A program made the position numbers and the translations under genes. The notes beneath the pieces were generated by a model. It made no database searches. It saw only the letters and a program-made list of their open reading frames with translations, and had not been told where the DNA came from. Positions 45,317-48,828 of a DNA stretch of 48,828 nt are shown here, piece by piece; the stretch's first letter is position 1; every line of letters begins with the position of its first letter. This DNA comes from Myxococcales bacterium. Its GTDB lineage: Bacteria > Myxococcota_A > Polyangia > Haliangiales > J016. The stretch spans positions 1 to 48,828 of the forward strand of contig JABAAV010000003.1 of assembly GCA_014238595.1 (NCBI GenBank). Reading direction: 5' to 3'.

Positions 45317-46516
45317 CTAAGAAAGTCCTTCTAAGGTAATGGCAATACCCTGTCCCACACCAATACACATCGCAGCGAGTCCAAATGATTTTTTTGTGCG
45401 ATGGAGTTGATGCATTAACGTTAATGTAATGCGTGCGCCAGAGGCCCCTAACGGATGACCTAATGCAATGGCGCCACCAAGAGGATTGACAATGGCTGGA
45501 TCCAAATTTAATTGATCAATACAAGGAATGGCTTGTGCAGCAAAGGCTTCATTGATTTCAGCGATATCAACATCACTGGCACGCTTTCCAGCTTGTGCTA
45601 ATGCTTTTTTTCCTGCTGGAATTGGGCCTAGTCCCATTAAGGATGGTTCGACACCACAGACGGCTGCACTCACATAGCGTGCTTTAGGTGTCAATGTATA
45701 TTTTTTAAGTGCAGATTCACTCGCAAGTAATACTGCACAAGCACCATCATTTAATCCCGAAGAATTTCCCGCAGTCACCGTGCCGTTTTCAATAAATACA
45801 GGGTGAAGTCGTGTTAAGTCTTCTTGTGTGAGCGATGGGCGTGGATGTTGATCTTCTTGAAACACGATGGATTGTTTTTTTTGTTTGATTGTTAAGGCAA
45901 TAATTTCTTCTTGATGTGCTGCTTTGCCTTTCATTGCTTTTTGTTGAGAGTTCAATGCAAATGCATCTTGTTGCTCTCGTGAAACATTGCATTGTTGAGC
46001 AACACGTTCTGCTGTTTCTCCCATGGGTAATGTTCCAAATTGTTTTTTCATTTTTGGATTGATAAAACGCCATCCCAATGTTGTGTCATAAGCCGTGAGG
46101 TGTTTTTTCATAAAAGGGGTATCTGCTTTAGGCAAGACCCATGGTGCACGTGACATTTGTTCAACACCGCCGGCAATAACAAGATCTGCTGCGCCTGTTT
46201 GGATCATACGTGCAGCATCAATAATGGCTTGCATCCCAGAGCCACACAAACGATTGACTGTAACACCTGGAACACTGACATCGAGTTGCGCCAATAATGC
46301 AGCTTGTCGTGCAATGTTTCGATTGTCTTCACCGGCTTGGTTGGCACAACCGATAATCACATCAGCGGGGGCATCGGGTGCAATTTTTGTACGAGTGACT
46401 AAAGCAGATAACACATGACTGAGTAAATCATCGGCACGAACAGAAGATAGGGCACCACCATGTGTTCCAAATGGGCTGCGAATCCCATCAACTAAATATA
46501 CCGGAGTATGACTCAT
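45317..46516 (-). CDS. Acetyl-CoA C-acetyltransferase (thiolase II)
   Basis: VNRLCGSGMQAI (active-site Cys), NEAFAAQ, GGAIALGHPLGASGAR and CIGVGQG. Confidence 0.9.
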   Translation of the reverse strand: MSHTPVYLVDGIRSPFGTHGGALSSVRADDLLSHVLSALVTRTKIAPDAPADVIIGCANQAGEDNRNIARQAALLAQLDVSVPGVTVNRLCGSGMQAIIDAARMIQTGAADLVIAGGVEQMSRAPWVLPKADTPFMKKHLTAYDTTLGWRFINPKMKKQFGTLPMGETAERVAQQCNVSREQQDAFALNSQQKAMKGKAAHQEEIIALTIKQKKQSIVFQEDQHPRPSLTQEDLTRLHPVFIENGTVTAGNSSGLNDGACAVLLASESALKKYTLTPKARYVSAAVCGVEPSLMGLGPIPAGKKALAQAGKRASDVDIAEINEAFAAQAIPCIDQLNLDPAIVNPLGGAIALGHPLGASGARITLTLMHQLHRTKKSFGLAAMCIGVGQGIAITLEGLS

Positions 46517-46525
46517 GATGTTTGT

Positions 46526-46819
46526 TTATTTTGTTCGTGTGTCCCACAATGAATCAAAACGATAAATGCCAGTATTATGTCCATCTGAAAAGGTTATACG
46601 AACACCATAGTTTCCGATAAGTTCCATATCAGTCACGCGAATATCTTCTGGGATAGAGTCTGGCTCAATGAGCTTCTGACCTGATACCTCATGAACACAA
46701 AACGCACAATTACAGAGAAGACGCAGATCACGAGGTGTTCTATTGTCGGGTTTGTTGTCTTCCCAAATGATGGAGACTTCTGCACGATTTAGTGCCAATA
46801 TTTTCACAGGTGTATTCAT
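46526..46819 (-). CDS. DUF971 (gamma-butyrobetaine-hydroxylase-like N-terminal domain) protein
   Basis: LRLLCNCAFCVHEVSGQKL...IGNYGVRITFSDGHNTGIYRFDSL is the typical DUF971 pattern. The ATG at 46819 is chosen to avoid overlap with queC. Confidence 0.6.
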   Translation of the reverse strand: MNTPVKILALNRAEVSIIWEDNKPDNRTPRDLRLLCNCAFCVHEVSGQKLIEPDSIPEDIRVTDMELIGNYGVRITFSDGHNTGIYRFDSLWDTRTK

Positions 46820-46826
46820 GCGCTGA

Positions 46827-47534
46827 CTATACAGGATGTTGGGTATACTTTGTTGGATTAGGGATCCCTGAAGATTCAAAGCCTTTTTTACGTAAAATAC
46901 AGGCATCACAAAGACCGCATGCTCCATCTTGTTGCGGATCATAGCAGGAATGGGTGAGACCATAATCAATGCCAAGAGCGGCACCTTTTTGTATAATTTG
47001 GGCTTTAGTCCAATGAATCAGCGGTGCATGAATCACGAAAGGTGCACGTTTATTAGCCGCCACTGATGTTGCTTGGTTTGCTGTTTGAATAAAGGTGTTC
47101 AAAAAATCTTGGCTACAATCAGGGTATCCACTGGCATCTAATGTGTTAATGCCTATAAAAATAGCATCTGCATGAAGTGTTTCTGCCCAAGATACGGCAA
47201 GACTTAAAAAGATTAAATTTCGTGCAGGGACATAGGTGGCTGGAATATCACCCTGTCGATGAATTTCTTCTTCAGGACGGGATTTGGGAACAGCGATCGA
47301 ATCTTTAGTTAATGCAGAATCTGCAATGGTATCCAATACTAATGGAAAAATATGATGCTTTGTGACCTGATATGTCGTGGCAATTGTGGATGCCGCCTGA
47401 ATTTCATGTTGATGGCGCTGACCATAGTCAATGGTCAGGGCATAGCAAGAAAAGCCTTGTTCTTGAGCGATTGCCAAGGTTGTGGTGGAATCAAGACCGC
47501 CAGATAAAAGAACAACTGCTTTGGGATTGGACAT
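46827..47534 (-). CDS. queC: 7-cyano-7-deazaguanine synthase
   Basis: KAVVLLSGGLDSTT PP-loop and the C-terminal zinc cluster SCY...CGLCDAC. The ATG at 47534 gives the canonical N-terminus. Confidence 0.9.
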   Translation of the reverse strand: MSNPKAVVLLSGGLDSTTTLAIAQEQGFSCYALTIDYGQRHQHEIQAASTIATTYQVTKHHIFPLVLDTIADSALTKDSIAVPKSRPEEEIHRQGDIPATYVPARNLIFLSLAVSWAETLHADAIFIGINTLDASGYPDCSQDFLNTFIQTANQATSVAANKRAPFVIHAPLIHWTKAQIIQKGAALGIDYGLTHSCYDPQQDGACGLCDACILRKKGFESSGIPNPTKYTQHPV

Positions 47535-47648
47535 GATAGAGGTTTGTACCACGATGTTATTTGATCGTGCATAGACCCATGTGTCAAAAAAACAGTCCAT
47601 GTATAAAGATTTGATCTTATTGTAGAGCAGTATAGACTGCAAACCATC

Positions 47649-48134
47649 ATGAGAGCATCGATGATGATAGCAATGATAAGCCTTGCAAGTGTTATATCTT
47701 GTACGCCTGAGATTGGTTCATCTTGTGTGTTGGCTAGTGATTGCTCTACGACCAATGATAGGATTTGTGATCTAACGCAAAGCGGTGGCTATTGCACCGT
47801 TATTGGATGTGACGCTGATTCTTGTCCAGAAGGATCTGTTTGTGTGCAATTCTTTCCACATGAAAACCAAAGCCGTATATGCAACCCTGATACCGAAGAT
47901 GACACAACTGATGATTGTAATCGATCAGAGACCTGTTCATTAAACGGGTATTGTGTTTTTCGATCATCAGAGATTCGCTATTGTATGGCGACATGTGACA
48001 GCGAAGATATGTGTCGTTCCAATTATGAATGTCGCGATCGTGACTTGATGCGCGAGCATGGTGGTCAAGTGTTGTCGTCTGATTCCAATCAAGACCCGCA
48101 AGCGTTCTGCGCAGAAAAACCAGATAACCAGTAA
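47649..48134 (+). CDS. Cys-rich secreted lipoprotein (hypothetical)
   Basis: Signal peptide plus lipobox MRASMMIAMISLASVISC. The 161-aa precursor has 17 Cys including the lipobox Cys (CxxxxxC and CDxDxC-type spacings). No family recognised. Confidence 0.5.
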   Translation: MRASMMIAMISLASVISCTPEIGSSCVLASDCSTTNDRICDLTQSGGYCTVIGCDADSCPEGSVCVQFFPHENQSRICNPDTEDDTTDDCNRSETCSLNGYCVFRSSEIRYCMATCDSEDMCRSNYECRDRDLMREHGGQVLSSDSNQDPQAFCAEKPDNQ

Positions 48135-48144
48135 CGTAACTTCT

Positions 48145-48828
48145 ATGGCAGGGTTTCTGTTACAACGTGTTGCATCGGGGATGACAGCGATGTTAGGCGT
48201 TTCCGTTTTAGTTTTTATTTCGCTGCATGCTGTTCCTGGCGATCCTGTTGATCATCTGACGGGCGGAGAAGCAACACCTGAACAGCGTGAAGCCATGCGA
48301 GAATGTATGAATCTCGATAAATCGATGTGGGTACAATGGAGTATTTTTGTTGAAAATATTTTTGATGGAAGTTTAGGGTATCAATGCCCTGATCCAGAAA
48401 GTAAACCCACTGTTTCTGATCGGATTGCCTATGTTTTCCCTTACACGGCCGAGCTTGCATTGGGCGGTATTTTGCTTGCGATTTTGTTTGCATTACCTTT
48501 AGGCATCATCGCAGGATTGTATGCAGGAAGTTGGATAGATACATTAACAGCGTTGGTCGCCTTGGCAGGGCTTTCGGTTCATACCTCGTTTATGGGCTTG
48601 GTGTGTTTGATGATTTTTTATGTGGATTTGCAATGGTTACCAGGTCCTTCGTTTCCTGATGCTGAGTTTGCGTTAGTGTTGCCAGCCTTTGTGATTGGAA
48701 CACATTTAATGGCAATGATTGCGCGGATGACGCGTACATCTTTGATGAATGTTCTTTCTGAAGATTACATTCGAACAGCACGATCCAAAGGGCTTTCTGG
48801 TTTTGCGGTGACCATCAAACATGGTCTT
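48145..48828 (+). CDS. ABC transporter permease, DppB/OppB type (5' part; runs off the right window edge)
   Basis: Not in the ORF track because it is open-ended. Manual translation gives MAGFLLQRVASGMTAMLGVSVLVFISLHAVPGDPVDHL...EDYIRTARSKGLS, which is the BPD-transporter EAA-loop region. Confidence 0.85.
   Translation, partial: MAGFLLQRVASGMTAMLGVSVLVFISLHAVPGDPVDHLTGGEATPEQREAMRECMNLDKSMWVQWSIFVENIFDGSLGYQCPDPESKPTVSDRIAYVFPYTAELALGGILLAILFALPLGIIAGLYAGSWIDTLTALVALAGLSVHTSFMGLVCLMIFYVDLQWLPGPSFPDAEFALVLPAFVIGTHLMAMIARMTRTSLMNVLSEDYIRTARSKGLSGFAVTIKHGL

Noticed and set aside
46142-46157. Additional parS-like sites containing CACGTG: TGGTGCACGTGACATT at 46142 inside the thiolase gene, and GATCCACGTGTTATC at about 38746 inside lpdA
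   Set aside because: They match only about 11/16 and 9/16 of the parS palindrome and lack the GTTTCAC/GTGAAAC arms. They are most likely chance CACGTG occurrences within coding sequence.
47535-47648. preQ1 riboswitch upstream of queC
   Set aside because: There is only a CCTCTAT fragment next to the ATG. It lacks both the AGAGG pairing partner and the A-rich tail (AAAAAACUAA) characteristic of preQ1-I. A 6-bp CACGAT/ATCGTG hairpin is present but does not match any riboswitch consensus I know.
1-48828. Mobile elements, prophage, defence islands, or rRNA/tRNA genes
   Set aside because: No transposase, integrase, recombinase, restriction-modification, toxin-antitoxin or cas-like ORFs were recognised. 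No inverted terminal repeats flank any block, and no intergenic region contains a tRNA-like cloverleaf (T-loop GTTCGAATC-type) sequence. The only duplicated DNA is the parS minisatellite and the lipoprotein tandem duplication.

Overview
Moderately AT-rich bacterial chromosomal window that starts at the replication-origin neighbourhood. It opens with dnaA (minus strand, truncated by the left edge), divergent from rpmH-rnpA-yidD-yidC-jag-mnmE, followed directly by bioF-bioA-bioD, tsaD and rsmA. The rest is mostly core and catabolic genes:
- a eukaryotic-like Ser/Thr kinase with a PEGA-type C-terminus, plus rnhB, a DapL-like aminotransferase and folK;
- a BtuCD/FecCD-type ABC importer with thiD;
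- an enoyl-CoA hydratase, a two-gene acyl-CoA dehydrogenase pair, an MDR dehydrogenase, a CoA-transferase and an SDR;
- RNase G and a branched-chain 2-oxoacid dehydrogenase operon with lipB;
- murA, a stand-alone injectisome-type SctV (FHIPEP) gene, and a tightly packed queC-to-HD-domain operon;
- the 5' end of a Dpp/Opp-type permease.

I saw no rRNA, tRNA, transposase, integrase, cas or phage genes.

The strongest signal is non-coding. Between bioD and tsaD (9192-9783) lies a 70-bp tandem repeat in which every unit carries TGTTTCACGTGAAAC(G/A), the canonical chromosomal parS (ParB-binding) palindrome. That gives nine parS sites at exactly 70-bp phasing, about 8 kb from dnaA. This is a plasmid-centromere-like architecture on a chromosome.

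Other points worth a second look:
- a tandemly duplicated family of receptor-L-domain-like repeat lipoproteins, with a decayed third copy and a distant fourth paralog;
- the orphan SctV;
- a second E1-alpha paralog inside the 2-oxoacid dehydrogenase operon;
- an ACAD pair in which one member lacks the catalytic glutamate.

The lineage cannot be determined from here. The PEGA kinase, lipoprotein repertoire and fatty-acid/branched-chain catabolism suggest a Myxococcota/Bdellovibrionota-like organism, but that is only inference.
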